Shown here: positions 1-10,036 of the stretch, piece after piece | How positions within the stretch are numbered: position 1 is the first letter of the stretch | Layout: every line of letters starts with the position of its first letter | Source of the DNA: Oscillospiraceae bacterium | GTDB taxonomy: Bacteria; Bacillota; Clostridia; Oscillospirales; Oscillospiraceae | Length of the DNA: 64,000 bases | Assembly (NCBI GenBank): GCA_017406005.1 | Contig: JAFQZI010000035.1 | Span: 35,823 to 99,822 of the forward strand | Direction: 5' to 3' | Notes under the pieces: generated by a model | Told to the model about the DNA's origin: nothing | The model's database searches: none | What the model saw: only the letters and a program-made list of their open reading frames with translations | Program-made: the position numbers and the translations under genes

Positions 1-39
1 GAAATACACTTTTCTAATCAAATCCGTTCTTTTATTCAT
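1..39 (-). CDS. possible 5' end of a CDS running off the left edge (MNKRTDLIRKVYF...)
   Basis: ATG at 39-37 on the minus strand with AAAGGA just upstream, open to position 1. Only 13 codons are visible, so the product cannot be named. Confidence 0.2.
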   Translation of the reverse strand, partial: MNKRTDLIRKVYF

Positions 40-78
40 ATTCCTTTTCTCTTCAAATATTCGCTGCATTCCAATCAG

Positions 79-831
79 TCAGATTCCGGTTCGTCTTCGT
101 ATGATATCATAATCGCTATTCGAAACTTCAAGCTCAAGATCGGCATGCTTTGTCTTGTCGAGGCACAATCTTACATTTGGCATATCACTGAAATCAACAA
201 ACTTTTCTGCCGCTTCTTTTTTCATTCCGGTTGATACTTTTCTTGCTATCAGCCTTTCATGAAGCAATTCTTCGTCTGCAGATAGAGATATCGTATAATC
301 CGCATAATCGGATAATTCTCTCCAGCCATCCAGATCTAAAAGAAGATAATTTCCTTCCAGTAGGACGATATCAGCATCGATCATTATTGCATCTTCCACC
401 GGGTTATGGAGGAGCCTGTCATAACGCGGCCATTTACAAGGATGCCCATCTGTCACTTCTGCAATCTTTTCCCTAAGTCCGACCAGATCAAATGTAACAG
501 GAGCCCCTTTGATGTCAACCATGGGGATCGCCTTCCCATTTACTGTAACCGTATGTGACAGAAGATAGTCCTGTTGACGATGGAATCCGTCCATTCCTAT
601 AGCCTGAAATGATTTCTCCGATTCATTCTCTTCTGCCAGATGTTCCAGAAAACTTACAAGGGTGCTTTTCCCCGCACCGGGAGGAGCAGCAATCATAACA
701 AGAATACGCTTTTGTTTTTCTGAGTGCATTGCTGCCAAATCTTCCAGCAGAGGAATAAACAGACCGCTGATGGTTTTTTCGTTATAGTATGCATTGACTT
801 CTATTCCGTTAATATTGGCAATATAATTCAT
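79..831 (-). CDS. P-loop nucleoside/nucleotide kinase family protein (uridine kinase/PRK-like)
   Basis: Walker A motif AAPPGAGKST. The ORF-track start at 927 is a TTG. The first ATG at 831 (MNYIANING...) has GGAGG upstream, so 831 is preferred. Confidence 0.7.
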   Translation of the reverse strand: MNYIANINGIEVNAYYNEKTISGLFIPLLEDLAAMHSEKQKRILVMIAAPPGAGKSTLVSFLEHLAEENESEKSFQAIGMDGFHRQQDYLLSHTVTVNGKAIPMVDIKGAPVTFDLVGLREKIAEVTDGHPCKWPRYDRLLHNPVEDAIMIDADIVLLEGNYLLLDLDGWRELSDYADYTISLSADEELLHERLIARKVSTGMKKEAAEKFVDFSDMPNVRLCLDKTKHADLELEVSNSDYDIIRRRTGI

Positions 832-1173
832 GGCCTGTTCAGGAACCTCCGCATATATAACCTCTGCCTCTTGGCAGGGTTTACACTGGAGAAGCAGATT
901 TAAAGCGAGGTGTGAAGAGTGCGGCAAAACGGAAGTTGTTTAATTTCAAAAATTTCCGCCAGGGGAAACAGTCGTAAAACGTCCAATGCTTTACATAGAA
1001 AGCAGAAAAACGGCCGATGATCCAGCCGTCGATCAAAGCGCACAGGATGGTTTCCCACTTCACGCTTTCAAAGCGCCACAAACCGAACCAGATTATCATG
1101 TGCAATATGATTCATACTTCCCCCGGGACCAGAGCAATGCAGTAACAGAAATCATCGGGAAATGCATATTTGA

Positions 1174-2250
1174 TCAGTTTTGTGATCTGCTTTCCTGGGC
1201 CGGATACTGCGGGAACTGCCCCAGTAGCTGTGGAATGTATCTTTCAATAACAGCACATAACAGGAGTGAGGCAACAAAAGAAATGCACGTAGCGATGCAG
1301 GCGACCAGCAGCTGCGGCCCTGCCAGCCATGTGCGAATCCATGGGATAACCAGCTCCAGCTGGAAATTCTTGTGCAGGAGGAAAATACCCATGGTATGCT
1401 GTCCTGCATAGGTGATTGCCACTGTGCTGAAAGGCCTGGTCCCTTCCCTGGAAATCCGAAAAAGCAGCATGGAAATGCCGATTACGAGCATGCTGCCTGA
1501 AACAGCATTGAGCAAAAACAGGAAGAGATTGCCATAGGCGCTTCCACACATCAGGACTAGTTCCAGGGCATCGCTCCGCAGAACTGTCCCGCAGGCGAAT
1601 ACGATTGCGGAAGCTGCAGTCACTGCTCCGAGGATCCATCCCTTTGCCTGGGCAAGTATCAGGATTCTCTGCCGCAGCGCGATACCCAGCAGAATAAAGC
1701 CGCTTGCCACGAAGCTTATGTCAAGGCACCAGGGATATCCGTTTTCTATCTTCGGGAGCAGAAACCCGACGGCAAACATCGGAATTGCCAGGATGCCGAG
1801 AACGGCTTTCTTATTATTTGTTTTTATCCTGTCCACTGCATTCACCAGAATCTGGCAATAGATCCTGGCGACAAAGAAGGATGTCAGATACCACAGCGAG
1901 GTCAGTGTGCCGGCCTGCCCCAGTTTTTGCCAGGAACCATACAGAAATTTAGGCACATTGTAGAAGGTGAAAGGCGAGAAGATGAAAGCGAAGATCGCAT
2001 AGGGAACCACCAACGCCAGAATGTTTTTTTCGATATAGCTTTTCCAGGCCCCGAAAGATTTCAGCACTTTCGGTTTAATGGACATGCCGGCCAGAAAGAA
2101 GAACAGCGGCATATGAAAAGTATAAAGCACACGTCTGTACATGGGTGTTTCCAGGTTTCCTGTTGTGTGCCCAAGGATTACCAGAATAATCGTGATCGCT
2201 TTCGCAATGTCGATCAGTTCGATTCTGCTCTTCTTTTTCTTTTCGCTCAC
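1174..2250 (-). CDS. acyltransferase family 3 integral membrane protein (OafA/YrhL-like)
   Basis: 358 aa and multi-pass hydrophobic. The N-terminal IDIAKAITIILVILGHT signature is typical of acyltransferase_3. Confidence 0.75.
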   Translation of the reverse strand: MSEKKKKSRIELIDIAKAITIILVILGHTTGNLETPMYRRVLYTFHMPLFFFLAGMSIKPKVLKSFGAWKSYIEKNILALVVPYAIFAFIFSPFTFYNVPKFLYGSWQKLGQAGTLTSLWYLTSFFVARIYCQILVNAVDRIKTNNKKAVLGILAIPMFAVGFLLPKIENGYPWCLDISFVASGFILLGIALRQRILILAQAKGWILGAVTAASAIVFACGTVLRSDALELVLMCGSAYGNLFLFLLNAVSGSMLVIGISMLLFRISREGTRPFSTVAITYAGQHTMGIFLLHKNFQLELVIPWIRTWLAGPQLLVACIATCISFVASLLLCAVIERYIPQLLGQFPQYPAQESRSQN

Positions 2251-2483
2251 AGGTTTTCACACCTTTCTCCAGGCATTGCCTGATCATCTATGAAAAAAAC
2301 AAGGATACTTCCGGAAAACGATTACGATTGTTATCTCCAATAAATATTATAACATTCCATCTGAAATTCTGTAAAGGAGAAAAGTCCAAATGAACAAATG
2401 ATTATACTGACGCAAATCGCGAATGCAACGTTGCTCATAAGAAATTGCTTGCCCAGCTGGCTCGAAGGGATCTTGCCCAATAA

Positions 2484-2511
2484 ACAACAAGAAAAGACGG
2501 GTTTGCACCCG
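2484..2511 (-). terminator. rho-independent terminator after the PepSY gene
   Basis: Minus strand reads CGGGT-GCAA-ACCCG followed by TCTTTTCTTGTTGT. Confidence 0.5.
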
Positions 2512-2528
2512 CCTTTCATCTTAATGTT

Positions 2529-2798
2529 TTAGTCGTCCCAGTCTCTTTTCGCCTTCAGGACTTCACCGGTATTGGCATCGATTTTGTATTCATATTCCAA
2601 ACCGTTGAAGTAAAATTCTATTTCATAAACCTGCATGCCCCATTCATAGTCAAGCTCGCATTTTGTCATCATTGCCTGAGCACCGTTGACACCTGCATGG
2701 TTCATAGCAGCATACATTGCTTCATTCCGGGTGATCCCGCCGACTACGTTTTCGAGTTCCTTATCGTTGATTGCGTTTGCGTTGTTGATGTTTTTCAT
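2529..2798 (-). CDS. small PepSY-domain protein with a double-glycine type leader
   Basis: AAAGGAG RBS 8 nt upstream of the ATG at 2798. The N-terminus MKNINNANAINDKELENVVGG fits the GG-leader pattern. The rest (YEIEFYFNGLEYEYKIDANTGEVL) fits the PepSY fold signature. The ORF-track start at 2855 lacks an RBS. Confidence 0.7.
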   Translation of the reverse strand: MKNINNANAINDKELENVVGGITRNEAMYAAMNHAGVNGAQAMMTKCELDYEWGMQVYEIEFYFNGLEYEYKIDANTGEVLKAKRDWDD

Positions 2799-3003
2799 TC
2801 TTGTTTTCTCCTTTATTTTTGTTTTGTGAGCATATGATAGCACAAGAATCATCACACAACTGTCACACGAAAATTAAAAATTTTTTTTGGGGGCTGGGTG
2901 AGAAATGAGGTTCCTTATCTTTCTGTGGAGCCTGCGCAGTCGGATGAATTGCAAAGGCTGAAATACGAAGCCAATCAACAGTTTTGGTATGTTAACGAAG
3001 AGA

Positions 3004-3981
3004 TTAGGTAAGCGAGGCGCGGATGGATTCCTCTATATCTCTCGGGGAGTATCCGAACTCCCTTTCCGCTTTTTCGTGTGAAAAATGCCCGTTTGTATAC
3101 AGCGTATGCACGGAATACGGTGTAAAGAGAGGTGCCGGCTTTTTCAGAAGGACGGATATCCGCTCTGCCGCTGGAGCAAATGACTTTGCCACTCCGTAAG
3201 GCAGAATGGCTTTTCTGGCTTTTTTCCCTCGAATTGTTCTGACTGTATTGAGAAGATCGGGTACGGTGATATAATGCCCATTCAGGATATAGCATTCACC
3301 GGCGCGGCCTTTCTCTTCGCAAGCGAGAATTCCGTCCACAACGTCTCTCGAATCGACAAAATCATATCCGCCGTGAAAAGCAATCGGGATCAGTCCTTTC
3401 GCCATGGCGTGAATCGTTCGAATCATATGATTCCTTATCTGAATATCACCGGGCCCTATAATTCCGGAAGGGTGGACAATACTGACATTCAGTCCCTTTC
3501 CCACATAGTCCAGCACCTTCTGCGCAGCGGCGGCTTTGGATTTCGCATATTGCCCGTGGACCAGTTCCGGAGAAAAGCTGTCAACTTCCTTGATGACCTG
3601 CGGCTCCGGTTTCTCGGGGATGGCATGGACGGAGCTGACGTAGATTACGCGCTCGACACATGCGGCGAGAGCCTGCCGCATGACATTTTCCGTTCCGTTT
3701 ACGTTGATGTTCCAGACATGGGGATCCCGTTTGGATGCAACCGTGATCAGGGCGGCGCAATGGATCAGAGTAACACGGTCATAGTCGTGCCTGTCAAAGA
3801 ACGGAGCAAGCGAGATTTCATCGGTAATGTCGCCTTCAACAACTTCGATCCCCGCAGGCAGGTGCTTTCCGTGTCCCGGAAGAACAAGAACGCGTATCTG
3901 TTCGCCGCGCCTTTTAAGCTCGTCAACAAGAACTGTTCCCACATGGCCGGTTGCTCCGGTTACCAGATACAGCTTTTTCAT
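3004..3981 (-). CDS. NAD-dependent epimerase/dehydratase family (extended SDR) protein
   Basis: N-terminal Rossmann motif VTGATGHVG and a YxxxK motif (YAKSK). Start moved to MKKLY at 3981 on RBS spacing. Confidence 0.8.
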   Translation of the reverse strand: MKKLYLVTGATGHVGTVLVDELKRRGEQIRVLVLPGHGKHLPAGIEVVEGDITDEISLAPFFDRHDYDRVTLIHCAALITVASKRDPHVWNINVNGTENVMRQALAACVERVIYVSSVHAIPEKPEPQVIKEVDSFSPELVHGQYAKSKAAAAQKVLDYVGKGLNVSIVHPSGIIGPGDIQIRNHMIRTIHAMAKGLIPIAFHGGYDFVDSRDVVDGILACEEKGRAGECYILNGHYITVPDLLNTVRTIRGKKARKAILPYGVAKSFAPAAERISVLLKKPAPLFTPYSVHTLYTNGHFSHEKAEREFGYSPRDIEESIRASLT

Positions 3982-4007
3982 ATCATTGCACATCCTTGTA
4001 TAACGGA

Positions 4008-4041
4008 TTAAAAAGGATCAGGCATCCCGGAGGGATGCCTG
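4008..4041 (-). terminator. rho-independent terminator after cysS
   Basis: 10-bp inverted repeat CAGGCATCCC/GGGATGCCTG (4019-4041), followed on the minus strand by ATCCTTTTTAAT. Confidence 0.6.
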
Positions 4042-4057
4042 AAGGATTTTCAGGGGT

Positions 4058-5509
4058 TTAGATGCGTTTCCATTTTGCGCCGTTGGGAATATCCGTCACT
4101 TCAATGCCGGCAGCTTTCAGCTCCTCGCGGATCTGATCGGCGAGAGCAAAATTCTTGGCTTTTTTCGCATCACGGCGGGCATAGATTTTAGCTTCTACTT
4201 CCGCATTCGGAGTACCGTCTTCCGCGATAATGGTGAATTCACCTGCAGTGACGGCTTGCTTTTTCATTTCTTCCCGTTTTGCGGCGGCTTTTTCCAGCAG
4301 GCTGAGGGAGAGGACCCGATCAAAATCACCGATGCAAAAGAGCTTGGTGGCATCATTTGTTTTGGCTTTCAGAACATCATAGAGAGCGGTGATGCCGAGG
4401 GAGGTGTTGAGATCGTTGTCCAGAGCAGCGGTAAACTTCTGCTTCAGGGTAGCACAGGCGGCTTCATCAACGTCTCCGTCATCCGGCTTCAAAGAAGCGA
4501 TCCTGGCAATGAGCTTGTTATAGGCAAGCTGGGCATTGTCGAGATTTTCCCAGGTAAAGACAAGGGATTTGCGGTAATGGCTCTGCAGGCAGAAGAAACG
4601 GTACACCACCGGGTCATAGCCCTTCTCTTCCAGCAGGGAGACCGTGAGGAATTCTCCCTTGGATTTGGACATCTTTCCGTCTGTCGTGTTCAGATGGAGA
4701 ACGTGCATCCAGTAATTGCACCACTTGTGGCCGAGGTAGGATTCAGATTGTGCAATCTCATTGGTGTGGTGCGGAAAAGCGTTGTCAATTCCGCCGCAGT
4801 GGATATCCAGATGCTCACCGAGGTGCTTCATCGAGATGCCGGAGCATTCAATATGCCAGCCGGGGTAGCCCGTGCCCCAGGGGGAATCCCATTTCAGGGC
4901 CTGGTCTTCGAACTTGGATTTGGTGAACCAGAGAACGAAGTCGTTTTTGTTCCGTTTGTTGGCATCTTCCTCGACACCTTCGCGGACGCCTACTGCGAGA
5001 TCATCTTCGTTGAAGTCGTTGAAGACATAGTAGCGTTCGAGCTTTGAGGTGTCAAAGTAAACGTTTCCGCCGGCAAAATAGGCATAGCCGGTGTCCATGA
5101 GCTTTGTGATGATGCGGATATAGTCCTCAATGCAGTTCGTGGCGGGTTCTACGACATCAGGTGTTTTGATATTAAGCTTTCCGCAGTCGGAGAAGAAAGC
5201 ATCGGTATAGAATTTGGCGATCTCCATGACGGATTTGTGCTCGCGCTTTGCGCCCTTGAGCATCTTGTCCTCACCTTCATCGGCGTCGGAAGTCAGATGG
5301 CCGACGTCGGTGATATTCATGACACGCTTGACGTTATAACCGGAATAGCGCAGGTACTTCTCCAGCACGTCCTCCATAATGTAGGAGCGCAGGTTGCCGA
5401 TATGCGCAAAATGATAAACGGTAGGCCCGCAGGTATACATGCTGACGAGCTCTGGATTGTTCGGAACAAATTCTTCGCGTTTTCTGGAAGCAGAATTGTA
5501 AAGTATCAT
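4058..5509 (-). CDS. cysS: cysteine--tRNA ligase
   Basis: Class I HIGN motif (FAHIGNLRSY), KMSKS motif, 483 aa. Confidence 0.95.
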   Translation of the reverse strand: MILYNSASRKREEFVPNNPELVSMYTCGPTVYHFAHIGNLRSYIMEDVLEKYLRYSGYNVKRVMNITDVGHLTSDADEGEDKMLKGAKREHKSVMEIAKFYTDAFFSDCGKLNIKTPDVVEPATNCIEDYIRIITKLMDTGYAYFAGGNVYFDTSKLERYYVFNDFNEDDLAVGVREGVEEDANKRNKNDFVLWFTKSKFEDQALKWDSPWGTGYPGWHIECSGISMKHLGEHLDIHCGGIDNAFPHHTNEIAQSESYLGHKWCNYWMHVLHLNTTDGKMSKSKGEFLTVSLLEEKGYDPVVYRFFCLQSHYRKSLVFTWENLDNAQLAYNKLIARIASLKPDDGDVDEAACATLKQKFTAALDNDLNTSLGITALYDVLKAKTNDATKLFCIGDFDRVLSLSLLEKAAAKREEMKKQAVTAGEFTIIAEDGTPNAEVEAKIYARRDAKKAKNFALADQIREELKAAGIEVTDIPNGAKWKRI

Positions 5510-6069
5510 TTCAGACTCCTATCAATTTGTTTTTCGGAAGATTCTCTATCGGTCGTCAGAACACGGAAATTCTTCTGAAAGTATTCAAAACCGGACCAGA
5601 GTGTGGTTGCCACAATCAGGACGGTACAGACCAGATTTATCCAGCCGGGGGTTCGATTTAAAAAGAACAGCAGGATACAGAGGCATACCATGGTACAGGC
5701 TGTTTTGAACTTGCCCGACTGTGCAGCCGCTATCACGACGTTTTGCTCGGCTGCGACCAGCCTGAGGCCGGAGACAGCGAATTCCCGGAATAGTACCACA
5801 GCCACCGCCCAGCCGGGCATGATCCCTGCTTCGATCAGATAACACATGGCGGCCAGCACAAGCATTTTGTCGGCAAGGGGATCCATAAACTTTCCGAATA
5901 CGGTGATCTGGTTGTATGTGCGGGCGATGTATCCATCCAGAAGGTCGGTAAGGGAGGCGATAACAAACAGTGCAAAGGCTATATAAGGCTTCCCCGTATA
6001 TTCGAAAAGCAGGAAAAAGGGGATGAGAATGATCCGCAGAACCGTAATCTTATTGGCAGTCGTGTTCAT
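5506..6069 (-). CDS. pgsA: CDP-diacylglycerol--glycerol-3-phosphate 3-phosphatidyltransferase
   Basis: CDP-alcohol phosphatidyltransferase motif DLLDGYIAR...G...DPLADK. 4-nt overlap with cysS. Confidence 0.9.
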   Translation of the reverse strand: MNTTANKITVLRIILIPFFLLFEYTGKPYIAFALFVIASLTDLLDGYIARTYNQITVFGKFMDPLADKMLVLAAMCYLIEAGIMPGWAVAVVLFREFAVSGLRLVAAEQNVVIAAAQSGKFKTACTMVCLCILLFFLNRTPGWINLVCTVLIVATTLWSGFEYFQKNFRVLTTDRESSEKQIDRSLK

Positions 6070-7394
6070 GACCCAGCCTCCTCACCGTAAAGGATCCCGT
6101 CCTCCGCGGAAGTAACGAGAACCTTTGCAAATTCACCCGGAGGGCAGAATCCTTCGAAAAGGACGTAGCCGTCGATCTCCGGTGAATCGGCAAAACTTCT
6201 GCCCAACAGCAGCCCGCTTTCTTCATCCCGCCCCTCACAGAGTACGCGGATCGTTCTGCCGATAAAGCTTTTCGTAAAGGCATCCATGATGGGTGCCTGC
6301 AGCTCCATGATTAGATCTGCCCTTCGCTGTGCTTCTTCGGGGCAGACAGCCTGCATCTTCGCAGCCGGTGTGCCCTCCTCGGGAGAGAAGGGGAAAACGC
6401 CCGCCCGTTCAATACGTGCCTCACGCAGAAAGTCGCAGAGTTCTTCAAATTCCGCTTCGCCTTCCCCGGGCAGGCCGGCAATCAGGCTGGTCCGCAGCAC
6501 AAGACCGGGGATACGTTCCCGGAGCGTGGAAAACAGTGCCCGGATATCATCGCCCGTCCCGCGGCGGTTCATCCTTTTCAGGATGCCGGTGTTGATATGC
6601 TGGATCGGGATATCCAGATATTTGACGATTTTCTCATTCCCCGCAATTTCATCGATCAGTTCATCGTCAAACTGATCAGGGTAGAGGTAATGCAGGCGGA
6701 TCCATTCAATGCCTTCGATCTCCGAAAGCTTTCTGCAGAGCTGTGCCAGACATCGATGTCCGTACAGATCGGTCCCGTAGCGCGTAATATCCTGGGCGAT
6801 GACGATCAGTTCCTTTACACCGTGTGCCGCGAGATCCCTTGCTTCCTCGAGGATGTTTTCCATCTCACGAGAGCGGTATCGCCCGCGGATAAAGGGAATC
6901 GCGCAGAAGGCGCAGAAATTGTTGCAGCCCTCGGCGATACGCAGGTACGCCCAGGACGGCCCTGTGGATACCACACGGGGGATTTCATCTACTGCAGCGC
7001 TGTTGTCTGCAAAGGAGCGGAAACCGTTTCGCTCCAGCACCGCTTTCGCAGCTTCCACGATATCCCCGAAACTTCCGACGCCGAGTACGGCATCGATTTC
7101 GGGCAGTTCCTTCTGGATGGAATCCTGATATCGTTCCGCCAGGCAGCCCGTTACGATGATCCCTCCGAGGGTTCCGTTTTTTTTGTATTCAGCCGTCTCG
7201 AGAATGGTGTCAATGGCTTCGCTTTTTGCCGAGTCGATAAAACCGCAGGTGTTGATGATGGCGAGATCAGCGCCTTCCGGGTCAGGTACCAGCTGAAATC
7301 CGGCCTCCGTCATCAGATAGAGCATCTGCTCGCTGTTGACAAGGTTTTTCGGACAGCCGAGAGAAATCAGTGCAAATGTATGTTCCATGATCAA
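6066..7394 (-). CDS. rimO: ribosomal protein S12 methylthiotransferase
   Basis: MTTase N-terminal domain (LGCPKN), radical SAM CNNFCAFC motif, C-terminal TRAM-like domain. Classic position next to pgsA and recA. Confidence 0.88.
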   Translation of the reverse strand: MIMEHTFALISLGCPKNLVNSEQMLYLMTEAGFQLVPDPEGADLAIINTCGFIDSAKSEAIDTILETAEYKKNGTLGGIIVTGCLAERYQDSIQKELPEIDAVLGVGSFGDIVEAAKAVLERNGFRSFADNSAAVDEIPRVVSTGPSWAYLRIAEGCNNFCAFCAIPFIRGRYRSREMENILEEARDLAAHGVKELIVIAQDITRYGTDLYGHRCLAQLCRKLSEIEGIEWIRLHYLYPDQFDDELIDEIAGNEKIVKYLDIPIQHINTGILKRMNRRGTGDDIRALFSTLRERIPGLVLRTSLIAGLPGEGEAEFEELCDFLREARIERAGVFPFSPEEGTPAAKMQAVCPEEAQRRADLIMELQAPIMDAFTKSFIGRTIRVLCEGRDEESGLLLGRSFADSPEIDGYVLFEGFCPPGEFAKVLVTSAEDGILYGEEAGS

Positions 7395-7999
7395 TCCTCA
7401 GTCAGATCAGTATACCGGGCGATTGCGGAGCGGATTTCATCCCAGGAAAACCCTCTGCGTGCCAGTGCGGCCGATACTTTCCGGACCTGGTCCCTGTCAT
7501 GGGGATCTTTCAGCTTTGTCTGGACAAAGCGGTCGATTTTCTCGTCAGACTGCGGTGCACTCTCCAGAGCTTCTTCCCAGAGATCCCTGTCAATACCGCG
7601 CCGCGAGAATTCAGCGCGGATTCTCGCCGCGCCGTATCCTTTTGCCGTATAGTGCCGTGCGACGGCTGCGGCATATTCCGCATCGTCCAGAAGACGCAGA
7701 TCCTGAAGTTTTTCCACCACGGCCTCCGCCGTGTCGTATTCGATACCCTTGTGTACGAGTTTGTTTTTCAGTTCCCTGGATGACATTCTGCTGTAGGAAA
7801 GCAGATTGATTGCTTTTTCCAGTACCAGGGCACGTTCGGAAAGCCTGTGAAGCTTTTCCGCTTCCGGCCCGTCAAGGATTTTGCCGCTGTAAAGCATCAT
7901 CTCTGCGATGACACCCATTGTGGAAGGGACTTCCGTTCCGTCTTCAAAACAGACCGTCACATGCTCCGCCGTGGTACGGCGGAGGGAGGAGATGAGCAT
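7391..7999 (-). CDS. recX: recombination regulator RecX
   Basis: 202-aa helical-repeat protein immediately downstream of recA, with RecX-like repeats (...YAAAVARHYTAKGYGAARIRAEFSRRGI...). Confidence 0.85.
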   Translation of the reverse strand: MLISSLRRTTAEHVTVCFEDGTEVPSTMGVIAEMMLYSGKILDGPEAEKLHRLSERALVLEKAINLLSYSRMSSRELKNKLVHKGIEYDTAEAVVEKLQDLRLLDDAEYAAAVARHYTAKGYGAARIRAEFSRRGIDRDLWEEALESAPQSDEKIDRFVQTKLKDPHDRDQVRKVSAALARRGFSWDEIRSAIARYTDLTED

Positions 8000-8004
8000 C
8001 CCGG

Positions 8005-9147
8005 TCAGATGTCTTCGCCGATCACATCGTCGAAGTTGTCTTCGTCGAATCCTTCGGCACTCACATCAACGGCCTTTTTCGGGGAGGAGAGGGTTTCTCT
8101 CCGCATCTCCTGAAGCTTGAAAAAGTTTTCCTTGATCTGTTTTTCCACTTCTTCGCATTTGTCCGGATTCTTGGAAAGGAAGTCCTTCACGGCATCCTTC
8201 CCCTGGAAACGCTGCCCACAGCAGGTGAACCAGGCTCCCGCTTTGTCAATGATATCAAGCTTTACGCCGATATCGACGATTTCACCCAGCTTGGAGATCC
8301 CTTCGCCGTAGATAATGTCAAATTCCGCTTCACGGAAGGGGGGAGCGACTTTGTTTTTCACAACCTTGACTTTTGTTCTGTTGCCGACCATCAGTCCGTT
8401 CAGCTTCAGCGTCTCAATACGGCGTACATCAAGGCGTACGGAGGAATAATACTTCAGGGCAAGGCCGCCGGGAGTGGTTTCCGGGTTGCCGTACATCACG
8501 CCGATCTTCTGACGAAGCTGATTGATGAAGATCACCGTGCAGTTGTTTTTGGAAATAGCACCGGCCAGGCGGCGCATCGCCTGAGACATCAGCCTTGCCA
8601 GCGCACCGACCGTTACGTCGCCAACTTCACCTTCCAGCTCGGCACGCGGGATTAGGGCGGCAACAGAGTCGATGACAACGAGGTCGATTGCTCCGGAGCG
8701 CACAAGAGATTCCGCAATATCCAGAGCCTGTTCTCCGGTGTCCGGCTGGGAAATCAGAAGGCTGTCAATATCAACACCGAGGGCCTTGGCATAGGCGGGC
8801 TCGAGGGCATGTTCCACATCGATATAGGCGGCTTCCCCTCTGGCTTTCTGTGCCGAGGCTACCACGTGCAGCGCAAGCGTCGTTTTCCCTGACGCCTCAG
8901 GCCCGAAAATCTCTATGATGCGCCCTCTCGGCACACCGCCGATGCCCAGGGCCATATCCAGAGAAAGGGAACCAGTGGAAAGAGCCTCAACATTAACGGA
9001 GATATCGTCTCCGAGGCGCATGATGGTGCCTTTTCCGTAGTCCTTTTCAATTTTTGCGATCGCCGTGGCAAGTGCTTTTTTCTTCTCTTCCTCTGTGCTC
9101 AGAACGACTTTGGTCTGGACAGGCTGTTTGGTATTTTTTGTTGCCAT
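8005..9147 (-). CDS. recA: recombinase RecA
   Basis: Walker A motif GPEASGKTT and full-length RecA core, with an acidic C-terminal tail. Confidence 0.97.
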   Translation of the reverse strand: MATKNTKQPVQTKVVLSTEEEKKKALATAIAKIEKDYGKGTIMRLGDDISVNVEALSTGSLSLDMALGIGGVPRGRIIEIFGPEASGKTTLALHVVASAQKARGEAAYIDVEHALEPAYAKALGVDIDSLLISQPDTGEQALDIAESLVRSGAIDLVVIDSVAALIPRAELEGEVGDVTVGALARLMSQAMRRLAGAISKNNCTVIFINQLRQKIGVMYGNPETTPGGLALKYYSSVRLDVRRIETLKLNGLMVGNRTKVKVVKNKVAPPFREAEFDIIYGEGISKLGEIVDIGVKLDIIDKAGAWFTCCGQRFQGKDAVKDFLSKNPDKCEEVEKQIKENFFKLQEMRRETLSSPKKAVDVSAEGFDEDNFDDVIGEDI

Positions 9148-9166
9148 AACGGTAATTCCTTTCTTT

Positions 9167-10033
9167 TTATGAAACGGAAGCCATCCTGCCGATGACTACC
9201 CGGTCTACACCGATTGTATCCTTTCTGGTCTCTGCGGAGGAAAAACCGGCAGAGAGAAGCATTTCTTTCACTTCTTCCGCCTGGCCTTCGCCGACTTCAA
9301 AAAGCAGCAGGCCTTCCTTCCCGAGGAGAATCTTCCAGTTCTTAATGATTGCTTTATAGAATTTCAGCCCGTCCTCTCCGCCGTCGAGAGCCCAGAGCGG
9401 CTCAAAGTCTTTCACGGAGCTGTCGAGCGTGAACAGATCAAAAGTGGGGATATAGGGCGGGTTGCAGATGATCATATCGAAAACACCCAGCCCGAGAGGA
9501 GGTGCGGAGAGAGCATCTGCCTGCATGCAGATCGCCCTGGTGTTGAGTCGGTTGAGCGAGATGTTTTTCCGGCAGACCTCCAGTGCGCTGGTGCTGATAT
9601 CTACGGCAAGAAAACGGGTGGCAGGCATTTCATGTGCAATGGCACAGGTCAGGCAGCCGCTGCCGCAGCAGAGATCGAGAACGCGGGCATCCATTTTATA
9701 CCCGGTAAGCAGTTCTTTCGCGGCATCCACCAGTACTTCACTGTCGATCCGCGGGATGAGCACGTCGGGAGTTACAATCATCGGCAGCCCGTAAAACTCC
9801 CATGTGCCTGATATATAGGCAACCGGCTCTCCGCGGAGCCTGCGTGCAGTGTAGCTTTCCACACGCTCTTCGATTTCTTCGGAAGTATAGAGATTCAGAT
9901 CGCGCATCAGTGCGGACACCGTTTTGCCCGACGCTTTGGAAACAATCAGCTTTGCTTCCAGATTGTATCCTTCCACCCCGCGCTGCCGCAGGATGTTGCG
10001 CGTCTGCAGATAGATTTCATTATACGTTTTCAA
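9167..10033 (-). CDS. prmC: peptide chain release factor N(5)-glutamine methyltransferase
   Basis: NPPY motif (ICNPPYIP), SAM-binding DLCCGSG motif, HemK-type N-terminal domain. Confidence 0.9.
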   Translation of the reverse strand: MKTYNEIYLQTRNILRQRGVEGYNLEAKLIVSKASGKTVSALMRDLNLYTSEEIEERVESYTARRLRGEPVAYISGTWEFYGLPMIVTPDVLIPRIDSEVLVDAAKELLTGYKMDARVLDLCCGSGCLTCAIAHEMPATRFLAVDISTSALEVCRKNISLNRLNTRAICMQADALSAPPLGLGVFDMIICNPPYIPTFDLFTLDSSVKDFEPLWALDGGEDGLKFYKAIIKNWKILLGKEGLLLFEVGEGQAEEVKEMLLSAGFSSAETRKDTIGVDRVVIGRMASVS

Positions 10034-10036
10034 GTG

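Noticed and set aside
881-1105. 74-aa Trp/Phe-rich minus-strand ORF between the acyltransferase and the kinase
   Set aside because: It has a TTG start, and the internal ATG has no RBS at a usable distance. Its composition is atypical. It cannot be supported as coding without conservation data.
2331-2519. 62-aa minus-strand ORF downstream of the PepSY gene
   Set aside because: It starts inside the terminator hairpin of the PepSY gene and has no RBS. It is probably noncoding.
5510-5600. T-box leader upstream of cysS
   Set aside because: The cysS start overlaps the pgsA stop by 4 nt, so there is no leader region.
6597-7652. 351-aa plus-strand ORF
   Set aside because: Antisense to rimO and recX, with a low-complexity Arg/Ser-rich translation.
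9148-9166. LexA/Cheo SOS boxes (GAAC-N4-GTTC) upstream of recA, uvrC (27378-27465) and the SRAP gene (52471-52786)
   Set aside because: No convincing match was seen in any of the three regions. recA is separated from prmC by only 19 nt and seems co-transcribed with it.
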